The notes: a model not told the origin generated them from the sequence alone. 64,000 bases of DNA from Chrysomallon squamiferum (GCA_012295275.1 CM022669.1:13082001-13146000), one strand, 5' to 3'. Shown: positions 13,386-28,207, counted from the first letter of the stretch. Numbers and translations: made by a program.

Positions 13386-14979
13386 GAAGGGAAATCGAGA
13401 CTTTGCCGGGCGCGGGTTTGCATTAATAAAACGCTGTAATGAATTTTAACATTTCGCCTTTGGTCGTGGATTTGCAACAGTTGGACGGAATCACGTCTCT
13501 ACGTGTGCCCGGGAGCCAAAAGCGTCAATTTTTACAGCGCTGTGGAGAGGCTTCCAGCCAGAGGAAGACCGCGAGAGTTCTGCTTTAAGGCGCGTTTCGT
13601 GAGGAGAAATTGAATTGTCGACACCGATTAGTTAATGTGTGTCCAGTTTACCAGGGTTGTCCGCGGTGCGCTGGATCACAAGCGTGGAACAGTTGCTGCT
13701 GAGCTCGGTTTCGAAAACAAACGGACGCCTGTGGCAGAGAACGTGAAATCAATTCAGTTTAATTTCATCATCGTCATCGAAAGTCTTTTCTCTTCCTGTT
13801 GATTTCGTTTCTTTTTCTTCCTCTTTTTTTTATTTTTTTATTTTTTATTTTTATTTATTTATGTATTTGTTGTTGTTGTTTATTTATTTATTATTTTTTT
13901 ATTACGACTTTTGTTACTTCTGCTGCTGTCGACGTTATTCTATTACAGTTTTACTGGTTTTAACATTAGTACTACAACTACTACGTTTACTTCCATTACT
14001 ACTGACACTACTATTATTATTTCACATTCTGTTACTCTATTACTACTAGGCTACTAGGTTATTGGTATTAACACTAAACCACCAGCACTATTACCCGTAA
14101 GCTTTTAGTACAATTATCACATCTCCTAGGAAACTTCTAATACCATTTCCATCACACCTTAATACTAATCGCTTACTACTACTACTTCTACTACTACTAC
14201 TACTACTACTACTATGTCTACTTCTACTGCAAATTCTCCTAACTGTGCAACTAAAATAACATAATATTTACAGAAAAGGGCGCCTGCATCCAGACACATA
14301 AAAGATCAACATATTCTAAATGTCGTATCTGAAATATAAGTCACCATAACACTAAAGCCAGATCGAAATTAAAAAGAAATTTCTCGTTAACGAAATAGCC
14401 GCAGTCTCTATTACAAGACATGATCGTCTTGGGCAAAGTTTATAGAAATAATATTTGAACAAGGCGGATCTCGTTATGAAAATATCGATGAACAATAAGA
14501 GAGAGATTCTGAACTTTGCGACAGTCATCAAAGAATTGAGTGTGGGAAAAAAAAAAAAAAAAAAATAACGATGCCTTCAGGGATCTCACACCACAGTTTT
14601 CTATTACAAGTAATAAATGTTTTGTAATACGTTTTACACACCACCCTTGTCTTTTTGTAGCGTTCCAGATGATTTTTATTTTTTTATAAGAAATGATGCT
14701 GGGTCTTGTATATCAGGGTTATCTTAAAAGTGAACAGTGATTTATGATATTGGGGATCTCTGTGCAGTGGTTTCCTATTATCTGTGATGAATGTTTCATG
14801 TGGAAATCTGCGCATCTCGCGCAGATAACAGCAGTGTTGTAATGTGCGCGTTGTAATAGTTAGCGAAATGTTTAGCGTATTTGTGCATAGCTGCAGATTA
14901 CGAATAATGAATGGCTGTTTTATTCCTTCCTGTTCTCTTTTGTTACGGTTTTTTGGGAGTGCTTTTATTATTATTATTA

Positions 14980-15026
<47 letters not shown>

Positions 15027-15803
15027 GTTGTTGTTGTTCTTGTTGTTGTTGTTGTTATTGTTATTATTGTTTAAGTTGTCGTTGATGTTGTTGCTTTTGT
15101 TGTTGTTATTTGTTTTTGTGTGTTTGTTTTAGTTTTTGGGGTTGTTTTTGTTTTTGCTTGTTCTGTGTGGAAATTTTGGTTTTGGGGTTTTGGGGGGTTT
15201 GTGTGGAGTTTTTTGGGGGGACTGGGGGATTTGTGTGCTGGATGCGTGTATCTATTGGGGTTGTTTGCGGAGTTTTATTTTTCTTTGGGAGGGTGAGGGA
15301 AAATTATTTTTATATATATATTTATATTTAAATTTTACGGAAAATATTGCTGTATAAACATTAAGTTTCCAGCTCAGCATTTCCTTAGAATTGTGTTGTT
15401 ATAGCGTTGTAATACACAATGCGCCAGTTTCGTGAATTTTCTTTGGATCTGGCAGCGCACAAACTGTTTATCAAAATGTGTGGCACGTTCCTTCTTGTTT
15501 CTGGAATGAGGCAAAGAAAATATTACCTTTAGCTAATCCATCAATCTGACCAGCCCAGCTGATGTGGTGAATATCCTAATATTAACATTATACAGCAAAC
15601 GTATGTTTGAATAACTTCAACCTTTAACATGCGTTTTCGTTAAATAATCATTTGTTACAAATAATTTAAAAATAACGATAACACACACATACACACGCAG
15701 ACACACACACACAAACACAAAACCACACACTGACTTAGTTATTACTTATTTTAACTCTCTCTATTTCACTTTCTCTTTGTGTATATATATGTGTTGGGAG
15801 GGG

Positions 15804-15938
<135 letters not shown>

Positions 15939-17417
15939 ACAAGCGGACGAGAGCCAATCTCATCCTTGAGTTCGGTTATTTCAGGGACGCATCTCAAGCT
16001 CTGGAAGCAGACGTTTGTTTTCTCGCTGCACTGTTTACACGTACACGAGTGTATTAATGGTTGCAGTGGAAATGTTAGTAAACACTCCGCAGCATATTTA
16101 TTTGTCTTGTTAACTCGAGCATTTCGCCAAGGCAGGCGATGTGTGTACGCTGTTTGTAATGAGGAAACTTAATAGTTATGGAACTGGTTGCTTCTAGCTA
16201 ACATGGTCTTTGTTGGTAAATCTTTGGCGGATCGAGAATGGGGAAAAGGGAGAGGGGATCAAGAGCTGATGGTGTACTTGGAGTTGCTGTCTACGAGGTA
16301 GTTGTTGCAATGGAGGTGTATATGAATATGAATGACTGAGGAAATGAACGGTGATTTTTGTAATGAAGAATTCAAATAATGCGTTATATATATATATATA
16401 TGGTTAGGAATTACTAAATGTTTAACGGTATCTCGGAACATTTTGATAAATAAACTGTTAAATATGAGTGTCTTGTTTATCAGTATAATGATGAGATAGA
16501 AGGCAGAGGAAATTCCCAGTAGTTTTTTGGAGGTTTTCTTGTATGGGATTTTTCATGTATAAAGTAAAAGATAAAAACGATTTCCTTCCATTTCTCTAAT
16601 TTTTCTTTATGCAATTGCACACACACACACATACATAGACACACACACACATAAATACATACATACATACACACATACATTCATAAATACATACATATAT
16701 ACACATATGTACACACGCACACACACGCACACACACACACACACTACACAAAAAGGCACGTATCTAAGAAGTTGAAGAAGGAAGAAGAACCAAGCCTTAG
16801 AAACTCATGAACTGTTCAAAAATATATCGTTTTCCTTCGTTCCTGTTCTGTTTCTAAATCTAGGTTTCAGTCTGACAGAAATAAAACTGATCAAAATCTA
16901 AAAAGCATCAGTAACGAAGAATATCATTAAAGATAAAATCGGGAAATCATTAATTTTTTTTCCTCTTTTTCTCTCCTTTCATCGATATTTCGTTTTATGG
17001 AGTATCGTCCAACACTATTACTGTACATCCCAAATTGGAAACTAAGTATTTAAAAATGGAAATTTGTCTTTTTCGTAGATCGATGAGCAATGAAAGCTTC
17101 GGAGTGAAATAATGGATATTTTTAATTTTAATTACAGTCAATCATGTGATAAAAGCAATGTTAATTAGAATAAAATGAAAGTGTCGTTCAAGGATACGTT
17201 CTGTTGTTATTTTTGTACACTACGTTATTTCTATGCAAGGTCAATGGAAGTGGTTGAAAGGTTATTGCGTCAAGTGTTATGGCAACGCTATTATGACGTT
17301 ATGTGTTCGAGTTTTTGAGTACGAGTGAAAAGGGTCGGTTAAGTATTTCTTTTAAGTGGATACTGCAAAACTGGATATTCTAGAGAATTTTAGTATTTAT
17401 TATATTTATGTGTCATC

Positions 17418-17453
17418 TGTGTGTGTGTGTGTGTGTGTGTGGGTGTGTGAGGG

Positions 17454-17518
<65 letters not shown>

Positions 17519-17570
17519 TATGTTTCTGCGTGTCTAATATATGTTGCATGTGTATTGTGCCTGTGGGTAA

Positions 17571-17644
<74 letters not shown>
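17418..17644. repeat. (TG)n, (GA)n and (TC)n microsatellite cluster
   Basis: (TG)n at about 17418-17448, (GA)n at 17455-17515, (TC)n at 17574-17644. Confidence 0.95.
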
Positions 17645-17648
<4 letters not shown>

Positions 17649-20068
17649 TCTCCATTGTTTTTATTAATTCTTTTTATTCTGCTTTATGTTTTTATTTTTT
17701 ATTTTTTATTTTTTTTTTAGTTATTTCTCGATAACCACGATTTTTTCTTTCTTCATCATCGTTTCTGTTGTAGTTGACGTTCGTTAAGTTAGCTACGCTA
17801 CACCTACGTTCTGTCACATCTTCGTCGTGTTTTGCTTCCTCTCCTGCTCTCCGTCCAGGCACACGCCCTGTAAGTATTTGTTTCGAAAACCTCCATCGAT
17901 TTATTGTTATCTTCTGTCGCCTACCAACAGATGGCGTAACAACGTAACCGTAGACGATGTTTATACGTAGTTCACACTGCCGAGTGTTTGTGTGTGTTTT
18001 GAACAGATGGCCAGTTGCTGGCGAGTGACGGAAAAGTGGTGGAAATTAAAGGATAAACGCAGCGGGTGATGGAGAAATGGGCGGACACAGAACAAGTCGG
18101 ATAATTCAATTGTCTCGAGAATTGACGATAAGAAGACTGCCGGATTTAAACTGCTGGAGGTTTAATGATACTGTAGTCTTTTGTGTTCTCTTCGTTTTTA
18201 GTATTAATAAAAAAAAAATAATAATAATAAAAAATCGTCTACTTTTATGCTGTTATTTTTATTTTTATTTTTTTCTTATTTTTATGTTGTTATTTTTTTT
18301 ATTTATTGTTTCTATTCTTATTTATTTTTTATTTATTTTTTTTTTTTTTATTCATTTTTTTTTCAGTTATTCGTGAGTTTTCTTTTATAATTTTAGTTTT
18401 AATAACATTTAACTAAAATATATTATTAACAACAGTAATAGTTCTAGTAGTAGTCGTAGTAGTAGTAGTAATAATAGTGGTGGCAGTAGTACTGCCACTA
18501 GTAGCAGTAGTAGTAATAGTAGTAGTAGTAGCAGTAGTAGTAGAAGTAGTAGCAGCAGTATTAGCTTTTGTTGTTATTTCTTAGCTGCTGTTGTTGTTGT
18601 TGGCGTTATAGTGTGAAGTGGTGGCCGTAGCAGGAGTGGTAATACAAGCAGTAGTAGTAGGTGTTGTTATGGTGGTCGTGTTGGGGGTGGATATTCGAGA
18701 TGTTCAGTGATCGCTTACTAACTGCGCCTAGAATAATCGTCAGAGACCCTGCACACAGATCTGTATTCACGGTCACGTCAGCAGAGTCCGTCAGGTCACG
18801 CCATCTGTCGGCCAAAAGACGGCGTGACGAAACAGTGAAAAAATATGAAACCGCCTCATCCTTTGAAAGGGAAATGCTAATCAAAACCTTTTACTCAAGG
18901 GAGGTCATCCTCGAGGAGGTCTCAGCCACAATGGGCCTCGATGGCACACTTCCTTAGGGGCACGTGCTTTTTCCCCCACCATGGTAGTCTCGCTCGACAA
19001 AGGACGGATGACCATCGTATTAAGATGTTATCGGTTTTCGGCGTTTCCTTAAATCCACGCTGGCGGTCCGTGACTTCAATTCAAACAAGGCTCATTCGGG
19101 GGGTTTAATATTTCAAGCATGTCCGTTTGTCCGTTTTGACGGGGAGCGCTGGAAGCGAAACTCGATGGAAATAGGTCGGTTAATGTTCAGTTTATCTAAT
19201 CAACTGTCCGCCTTGGTGAAAAACAACTGCGACGCGTTAGTTTCCAGCCATATTTTTCAATTGCCTCTATAAAAATAATTTCCTCGTGATGATTTGAGAA
19301 CCATGTTCGGATTTAAAAAGCTAGAGTAATGTTTCGAAAGTTGTTATGGTGTTAAAATTATTTTCTCGCGTTGTCCTATATGTTTCATTAAATTCAAATG
19401 CTTCAGGCATTTTTTCGATTTTTATTTTTTTTTTTTTTTTTTTTTTTTTCCTTTCTAAACATCGATATAAACCTAATTGTTGCAAGCGAAAGACAGATGT
19501 TGGTGATATGGAGTCGTTATTGTATCATTACTGAAAGCGACATCAAATTTGTACATGCGGTTAAAAGAAAAAGATAGTTCAAATCCTCACGGAGCCCGAT
19601 ATAATTTAAAGATGGATGCATCAGAGAAAAGATACAAAATGTATCAGTTTACGTTTACCGTCTGATCTGAAATCACCCCACCCACCCTCACCCCATCTCT
19701 AAAATCCCACCCCATCTCTAAACTCGTCCGTTAACTTAATTAAAATTAAAGTTTTGTTCTAACAATTTTAAAGAAATCAAAATAAACATTACGAAGAAAT
19801 GTTTTCTTCTTAAATCACGATATTTTATAAGATAAGTAGAAGCTTGTGTTTCTTCTCTATCTGTTGTCACAATAATCGCTGCTCAGTGAATCATTATTTT
19901 GTATGTTTATATTTTCCTACATCCTCGAAGTGCTAGGAATAATGCTTGATAATTATTACTTAAACAAAGTTATTTATATGATGAAAAACACAACAAATTA
20001 CTGTTATAAAGATGTCAAACTTCATATGGAATGCGACTGTAAGAAATTACACACTAATAAAGAAGCTA

Positions 20069-20069
<1 letters not shown>

Positions 20070-20112
<43 letters not shown>

Positions 20113-20139
20113 TTATTATTATTTTTATTATTATTATTG

Positions 20140-20190
<51 letters not shown>
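20070..20190. repeat. (ATT)n followed by (GTA)n
   Basis: Directly visible. Confidence 0.93.
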
Positions 20191-21040
20191 TTGTTATTCC
20201 TATTGCTATTACTATTATTATTGCTGTTGTTGTTGTTATATTCCCAAAACCCAATTAAACACATACATACATGCACACGGATATATAAATAATTTACCTA
20301 TTCTTATTTAAAATAAAAGAATATTTCTCGTTATTTATATAAGAATAAGTGTTGGACAGTATTTAACAAATAATAACGTAAAAAAAAACGTTTAAAGAAT
20401 TGAAATAACAGGAGAGAAATGAAACAGTATTAAGGGTATCACTCTCAGCAACAAGAAATACTATGATAAGACGTGATAATAATAAACAGCTATTCTGTAT
20501 GCATTATAAACGCTTTGCAACTCAGGATCCACTGAAAAAAAAGCTTTCAAGTGAGATAAAAGAAGCTAATGTATATTTGTGTTTACTCAACTTGTTAGTT
20601 TTTTTCAGATAAGTGTTTGTTTTTCGCTAATAGTATTGATGGTTGTATCGTTCGATTGATCGCTCGCTGTTTATTTACTGAGTATAAAAAAAATAGCATG
20701 CTGAAAAAATTGCTCACTTAAGCCAAAAGTTCAAACAGATGATGGGACAGAAATAAATAAAAACAAAAATAGTATTTTCTGTATATATACCAATATATTT
20801 CACTGAATATATTTTTTGTTGTCCGCGCATTCTGTTATCTTTTATTATTATTGATAATACCCAAGAAGATGATGATAATAATGATTACGACGACAATGCC
20901 AACGATCTCTTTATTCTGTATAAAGTATTGCATAAAACAAAATCCTTAACAGCACAGCCTATTTTTGTCTGTTAGCAGAAACAATTAATTAATAAACATT
21001 CTACTTTAATCATCGTATATATATATATATATATATATAT

Positions 21041-21282
<242 letters not shown>

Positions 21283-22560
21283 CGCATTCTTGATTGTGGT
21301 AATGAAATTGGGTTTCAGTCATCAAAACTAAACAAAACTCCTCGTTGTACTCGGGAATAAATTAATGAAACGGCGACACCAGTTAAGTACTACTCTACCT
21401 CTTCGATTGAGCCTATAATTTACTTCGCTGCTAACACTAAAATACAAATTCGATCAAAAGCTGTAGAACCCTGTTACATGAAAACATATGTCCTGTACTG
21501 AACCAAAGGTATAAGAATTTTTTTCTCTCTCTCTCTCTCTCACTGCAAGTTAGAATGGTTCGCTATCGAAACCGTTCTCTCAAATCAAAGTAATAAAAAT
21601 TCACCGTTATTTTACGACGTGTCGCCACCAGTTAAACTGAAGCAACGACGCCAACGACTGCGGCAATCGATGTCAAACTGTGATGCTGGCAATAAAGAGA
21701 TCTCAGAGCACTGTTTAGAGTTTTGGTCGTGTGTCAATGCGGCCTTGGTCAGGGTGTACGACAGAAGAAGGTTAATTCAGACAGATTGCGGAAGGTTATA
21801 CAACGCAGACTGCTTTGAAGTAATGAATTGAATTTAATGACTTCTCGATCATTTTCTTTAAAAACGGTCATTCTGAGTGAAATACTTGTATTCTATTGTT
21901 TTAGTCATTGTTTTATATTTTTTTAATTTATTTTTTTCTTCTTGTTTATTAGTTTTTTTTTTTTTTTTTTTTTTTTCTATATATATATATGTGTATATAT
22001 ATGTATAAACGTATATATGTATTTATTTCTGTTTCTCTATACGTGTATAGCTTATGTATGTATGTTTGTATGCTTGTAAGTATGTAAGTATATGTGTGTG
22101 TGTGTGTGTGTGTGTGTATGTATATGTATAGTAATGAGTATTATGTAAGTATGGATGTATGTATGTATGCATATATACGTGTATGCACATATTCGTACTT
22201 GCATCCATGCACTTATGTATGTATGTATGTATGTATGTATGTATGTATGTATGTATGTATGTATGTATGTATGTATCTATATATTCATACATCCATTTAC
22301 AACAAAACAAAAATTCTTCTCATTGCTTTTCTTATTAATAATATGTCAAAATTTCATTCGCAGTCGACTTTCTGACATCTAATAACACTCGACACGATAT
22401 CTCTCTTTGTCTCTCTTCAAAAAACCCATTTTCTTGTCTTCACCAGTCATGCAATAACCCATATAGTACACAGCACACAATCTAATTATCATGACTTCTC
22501 AAACAAAAGATTTTATGCATCCTACATACTCACAAAAATAAATGACATCATCAAGAGCAA

Positions 22561-22800
22561 GTAGAAGTAAAAATAGTAGTAGTAGTAGCAGTAGTGGTAG
22601 TTGTTGTTGTTGTTGTTGATGTAGAGTAGTAGAAGTAGTAGTAGTAGTAGCAGTAGTGGTAGTTGTTGTTGTTGTTGATGTAGAGTAGTAGAAGTAGTAG
22701 TAGTAGTAGTGGTAGTTGTTGTTGTAGTAGTAGTAGAGTAGCAGAAATAGTAGTAGTAGTAGCAGTAGCGGTAGTTGTTGTTGTTGTTGTTGTTGTAGTA
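22561..22800. repeat. Higher-order repeat (about 59 bp x 4) built from GTA/GTT triplets
   Basis: The pattern AGAA-(GTA)n-GCAGTAGTGGTA-(GTT)n-GATGTAGAGTA recurs with variants. Confidence 0.75.
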
Positions 22801-23256
22801 CTAGAGAAATTGTAGCAGTTATAGCAGTAGTTGTTGTTGTAGTAGAGTAGTAGTAGCAGTAGTGATAGTTGTTGTAATTGTACTAGTAGTGGTGGTACTG
22901 ATAGCAGCAACAGTATCATCGGAAATGAAAAATGTTTCCGATTTAAAATAACATTTAAAACTTTATGATAATTATAATTTGCACGCACGCACACACACAA
23001 ACAAAATAAAATTTAAAAAATAATAATAAATAAAAAAATAAATAAATATATAAATAAATAATAATAATAATAATAACGATTTAGTTTTACAGAAATGTAA
23101 TGGTTTCAAATTGACGTTGTAATGACATACTGTCAAGACATATCTTTCTGCCATGCACTTGATTTAATTCCTGTTTACGTTCTTATGCAGAAGAAAACAT
23201 TAACATTTTTTAGGTTCATCTTGTAACAAAATACATGATTATATTATTTTTTCTCG

Positions 23257-23289
<33 letters not shown>

Positions 23290-23889
23290 TTATTATTTAA
23301 ACTTTTTTTTTTTTCCCCTTTAATGTTTTTAAAGACCAGAACGCGGTATTTGCCACAAAGTATACTGATCACAAAAGTTAAGAGTTCGTGAAATGTGTTC
23401 ATTCGGAAAGGATAACACTAGTTTAAAAAATGTATAATTCACCGACATAAAATGAATATTTTTATGACAAATTATTTTTAATTTCTATTAGTAAATTATT
23501 CAGTGATGGCATTATAACAATGACTGCAAGTATTTTACTTTTAAAACTACCCGAGTGAATGTTGTGTTTAAAACCATTGTGGTCTGACAATAAAAAAATT
23601 GTTGAGATCGCGTTTATTGATGTCGTGTTGTAGACCTTTAGATAGCAGATGTTAACGTCGTGGCCTAACAATGGAAAACAGCTTTTAAGATAGCATATGT
23701 TAAAGTTATTTAAATGTGTAATAAATTAAAACGTATTCATAATGTTGTTCGCAGGTACAGTTAAAAGTTAAAGCATTCTTGTCAACAGCTGTCAGTTTAT
23801 CATCAAAACTCAATTCGTTCGTTTTAGTGATTAAACCACCCTGGCTTCAGATAATCCATACTTCTTAAATTGACTTGATATATACATAT

Positions 23890-24075
23890 ATAAATAGATA
23901 TAGATATAGATATATAGATGTATAGATATACAGATATACAGATATACAGATATACAGATATATAGATATATAGATATACAGATATACAGATATATAGATA
24001 TACAGATATATAGATATATAGATATACAGATATATAGATATATAGATATACAGATATATAGATATATATATATAT
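23890..24075. repeat. (GATATAYA)n 8-bp tandem repeat
   Basis: Alternating GATATACA and GATATATA units. Confidence 0.92.
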
Positions 24076-24589
24076 GTTAATTATTACTTCATATTAATAA
24101 ATGAAATAAAGAAATAAAGCTTTTGAATGTCAAATACGATACAAAATAATATTAGTAATTTTTAAATATGTATTTGGTCAAAAGCAATATAACGTTTTTC
24201 TTTCTCCCTATTTTTTTTTTTTTTTTTTTTTTACAAAGACACACACGACATTTTTTATAATGTATTGTACGAAATTATTACTTATACCAGCTGTTTCACG
24301 AAATATTGGTAATTTGCGTTTGATTTCATAAAACATATGTTAGGCCACTTTTTTTCTCTCTCTCTCTCTCTCTCGAAACCGCTATTTTATGTTCTAATAA
24401 TATTGCTATTTCTAAAACATCCTTTGTTTAAAAACAAATCAATAGAGTTTTTCCCTTGGGCAGTTCCTCTGTAAATCACAAATTATTTGTACGACAAATT
24501 GTTAACGGAAAAATGTTTGTTATAAATTATACTGTGTGGAAGAAAAAGACTGGATTTTTAATTTTTAATTTTAGTTTTAATTTTAATAT

Positions 24590-24636
<47 letters not shown>

Positions 24637-25696
24637 TATTTATATTTATCACTTTTTTATTATTATTATTACATATATATATATAAATTATTTGTTTTTT
24701 TCAATTAATAATATATATATAAGTATGAAATATAACAAAATAACGTTTAAAAATATATAATAATAATAATAATACATTATGTTTTATAAATTTTAGTATC
24801 GGCTACATAATGTTTTGAAACAAAATAATAATATTATTAAAAATTTTAAAATGGCGAAAAAACAAAACTAAATTATATAAAAATAAACTAAATCGCAAGA
24901 ACAACATATATAATGTAACAATTAAAAGAAACAGTATTTCATCCCATATAAACACACCTCACACAAATGATATTATTATTGCGCAGTAAATATGCATCAT
25001 GGTTTGAAGCTATGAATTTTTTCTTTTCTTTTTTTAATTATTTTTGAAATAACGTCAAATGAAAGAGAATTTGGAAAAAACTTTAGAACCACGAAATCAA
25101 GAATTTCTTTAAATTGTTACAGTTGTATTCACTCACAAAATCATACACAGGTATACTACATATATACATTCAGACACACATACGGATACACACAAACAAA
25201 CATACATACACATACACACACACATATAAGCACACTAACATATATGCCTGTAAACACCTACACACACAGACACACAAACACACACACATATACATCACAC
25301 AAATCATATATGACGATAATCTGTTGTGAATGACAGTAATTGTATTACACTAGGACAAGACGGAAATGAGTGTTAAAAGATTGTCTTTGAACTGAACAGG
25401 GAAAGACTGTTTAACTCGCAAGGGGTTTGTGATAAAACGTGTGCAGATTCCATAAACCAGAGAAAATCGAGTTATCGCTCGACAGTTCCAGTGTTGTATT
25501 ACAAAGAGTTTAAAATGTCTTAATGTCTGCTTAACAATTCTAATCATTTAAACAACCGTCAAATCTGGTTTAAGTTTTTTAATCTTGTTTCGTTATTATT
25601 GGCAAAGCGATCTATTTGAATAGAGGGTAATACCCTTGTTATTTATTTATTTGTTTTATTTATTTATTTATTTATTTTATTTTATTTTATTTTATT

Positions 25697-25727
<31 letters not shown>

Positions 25728-26121
25728 TTTTATTTTATTTTATTTTATTTTATTTATCGTTCTAAAGACCTATTTGTCTGTAATTTAATCAGTAGTAATT
25801 GTAATTTTGTACTAAATTCAGCAGTGAAAACAGTTGTAGTAGTTGTAGGAGAAAGAGGATTAGCAGCAACAACAACAGCAGCTAAGCATTAGTTGCAGTT
25901 GTAGTTGTAGTAAGATCAGTAGTTATGGTAACAGTGGTAGTAGAAATAGTACAAGTGCTAATATTAGTGGTAGCAGTAGTAGTAGTAGTGGTCGTAGTAG
26001 TAGTAGTAGTAGCAGTCGTAATAATACTGTTGCTGTGAGTGTTGTAAACTGTTTATTGTTCTTATTGCTGTTGCTGTTGTTTTTCTTCTTCTTTTTCTTC
26101 TTCTTCTTCTTCTTCTTATTA

Positions 26122-26189
<68 letters not shown>

Positions 26190-27422
26190 TATCATTATAA
26201 CATCATTATCATCATCATTACCGTTACCACAATCACCATTATCAACAGCATCTGATGTTATTTATCAAACTTGCTAATTGCGTTACACAGAAACAAGGGT
26301 ATTAATTCATGCAGATTTCAATTTAACTAAGAGTGATTTGGCTTAATGCAATTAGAGCATAATAACTTTACAATTATTCTCCTCTGTGGCGATTTGACCT
26401 GGGAGCCAATTATCTAATGGGATTGTTAGATTCATGCTCCAGCCGCAACCTCAGATCAGTGTAAAGATCAATAGGAAAATGATTTACGTCGATTTAAATT
26501 ACCCGTACCGCGTTAGAAATCCCGAAATCAGGAAATATTTGAAGGCAATGATTCAAACAACAACTGCCTGACCTTTTGCCCTCTTTCCGTTCGGTTTGTT
26601 CGTCGGGTTCGGCGTCGTCGTGTGCGAAACTGAGTCCTGGAAACGACAGCGACGGTGTAGTGGTGTCGGAACAGTTCAAAGATAAATCATGTGGCCGCCC
26701 TTAGATTATGTTCGATGGTCCGTGAATTGGCAGAATTAGCAATAACGTGCTTGTTTTCAAAGGTAATGGCTTTTGGAAGGATGGCTTAATAATAATAACG
26801 GTAATATAACAACGACGACAATGACGGCAACAACAACAGCAGCAGCAGCAATAATAATAATGTTAAAGAAGATGATGATTATCATAATGATGACAACGAC
26901 GAATATGATGATACAGTAACCATGACGACGACAACGACGATGATGATTATGTTACAGTAATGATTATGTTAGAAAAAGAAAAAGAGATTAATTAAAGAAT
27001 TATTATATGATTTTTATGGTTAAAAATGAAATAAAGAGGATAAGAAAGATGATGTAATTTTATGTTTAAAGAAAAATCTCATTTGACACCATACATATAG
27101 TTCATTTTGTTAATTTGTTTTTAAAATTATTATTTTGTTTTCTTATATTCATTTTTATATTTCGTCTTCTTCTTCTTCTTCTTCTTCTTCTTCTTTTTTA
27201 TTATTATGATTATTATTATTATGATTATTATTATTATCATCTTTATCATCATCATCAATGAAAAAGACACCTATATTTCTCGCTTTTTTTTTTCTTTTTC
27301 TTTTCGCCTCTTGCAGACCCCAGATTGTAGAAACGAACACAGGGTACTGTTACTTCTACCCGGAGCTCCTTCCTGGTCTGTGTTCAGATTACATTATCTT
27401 CTATCGAAATCTGCTCACTTAC

Positions 27423-27720
27423 CTCCAGACATGAACAGAGGATGCGTATCTCTACCCCGGGCTAAAGACCACTGGCACTGCCATTGTTCAATCAAGGCCA
27501 GTGCTTGTAGGAAAGTGGTAGAAGTATTAATAGTCTAGCACGCCAGATTAGCCCTAACAAGACCTCTAATGATGACATAGTGCATTTAACCCTAATAGAA
27601 CAAAATGCCAGTAATACGAGAGCTTTAGCGAATATCCGGAAGTGCGCACTAATAGGCCCGAGATCCCGAGCAGAATAACGGAAATAGGTGTTGTCATAGT
27701 AACGACCCCAAAGTCAGGCG
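27423..27720 (-). promoter_or_regulatory. Candidate promoter and first exon (ETS site, RFX X-box, consensus splice donor)
   Basis: CCGGAAGTG at 27636-27644 and GTTGTCATAGTAAC at 27690-27703. The minus strand reads ATG TCT GGA G|GTAAGTGAG with the exon end at 27423. No downstream exon identified. Confidence 0.3.
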
Positions 27721-28205
27721 ATACTTTATCATCTGTTGATGAGCTGTACATTTAACGGAATGATAATGAAAGAAGAAGAAGAAGAAATGTTAGGAAGGAA
27801 AAAAACGAAGACGGTAATGTAGAAGAAGGCTATATAAACCACTACGACGACGATGATGATGATGAAGATGATGATGAGGGTCGTGATGAAGAAGAAAAAG
27901 AATGTAATTCGTAAATAAACAAACTGACTGATGCTCAAAAATGTTATCAAATCGTTCGTTCGTTAAGACGATTTGTCATTTAATCGTATCCGTTTTATTT
28001 TTGTCTTAAAATTAATTCATTCTGACAAGATGACGCATTAAGTGGACAGTGAGGTTATTGTGTTGACGTAACAAGTGGCGAGTGAGCCCATTATCCGATA
28101 TCTGTCAGGTTAATACGATATATACGTTACACAATGTTTATCTGCAATCTTTATAGTGACTGGTGCATCAATCTGGAAACTGGAGTTCTTTGACGTCTAA
28201 AAATA

Positions 28206-28207
<2 letters not shown>

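Noticed and set aside
18661-18957. 98-aa ORF in a GC-richer island
   Set aside because: No recognisable homology, an antisense ORF of similar length exists, and the length is compatible with chance at this GC content.
26595-26616. TTTGTTCGTCGGGTTCGGCGTC, resembling miR-375
   Set aside because: Only the first 9 nt match exactly and there is no complementary upstream arm.
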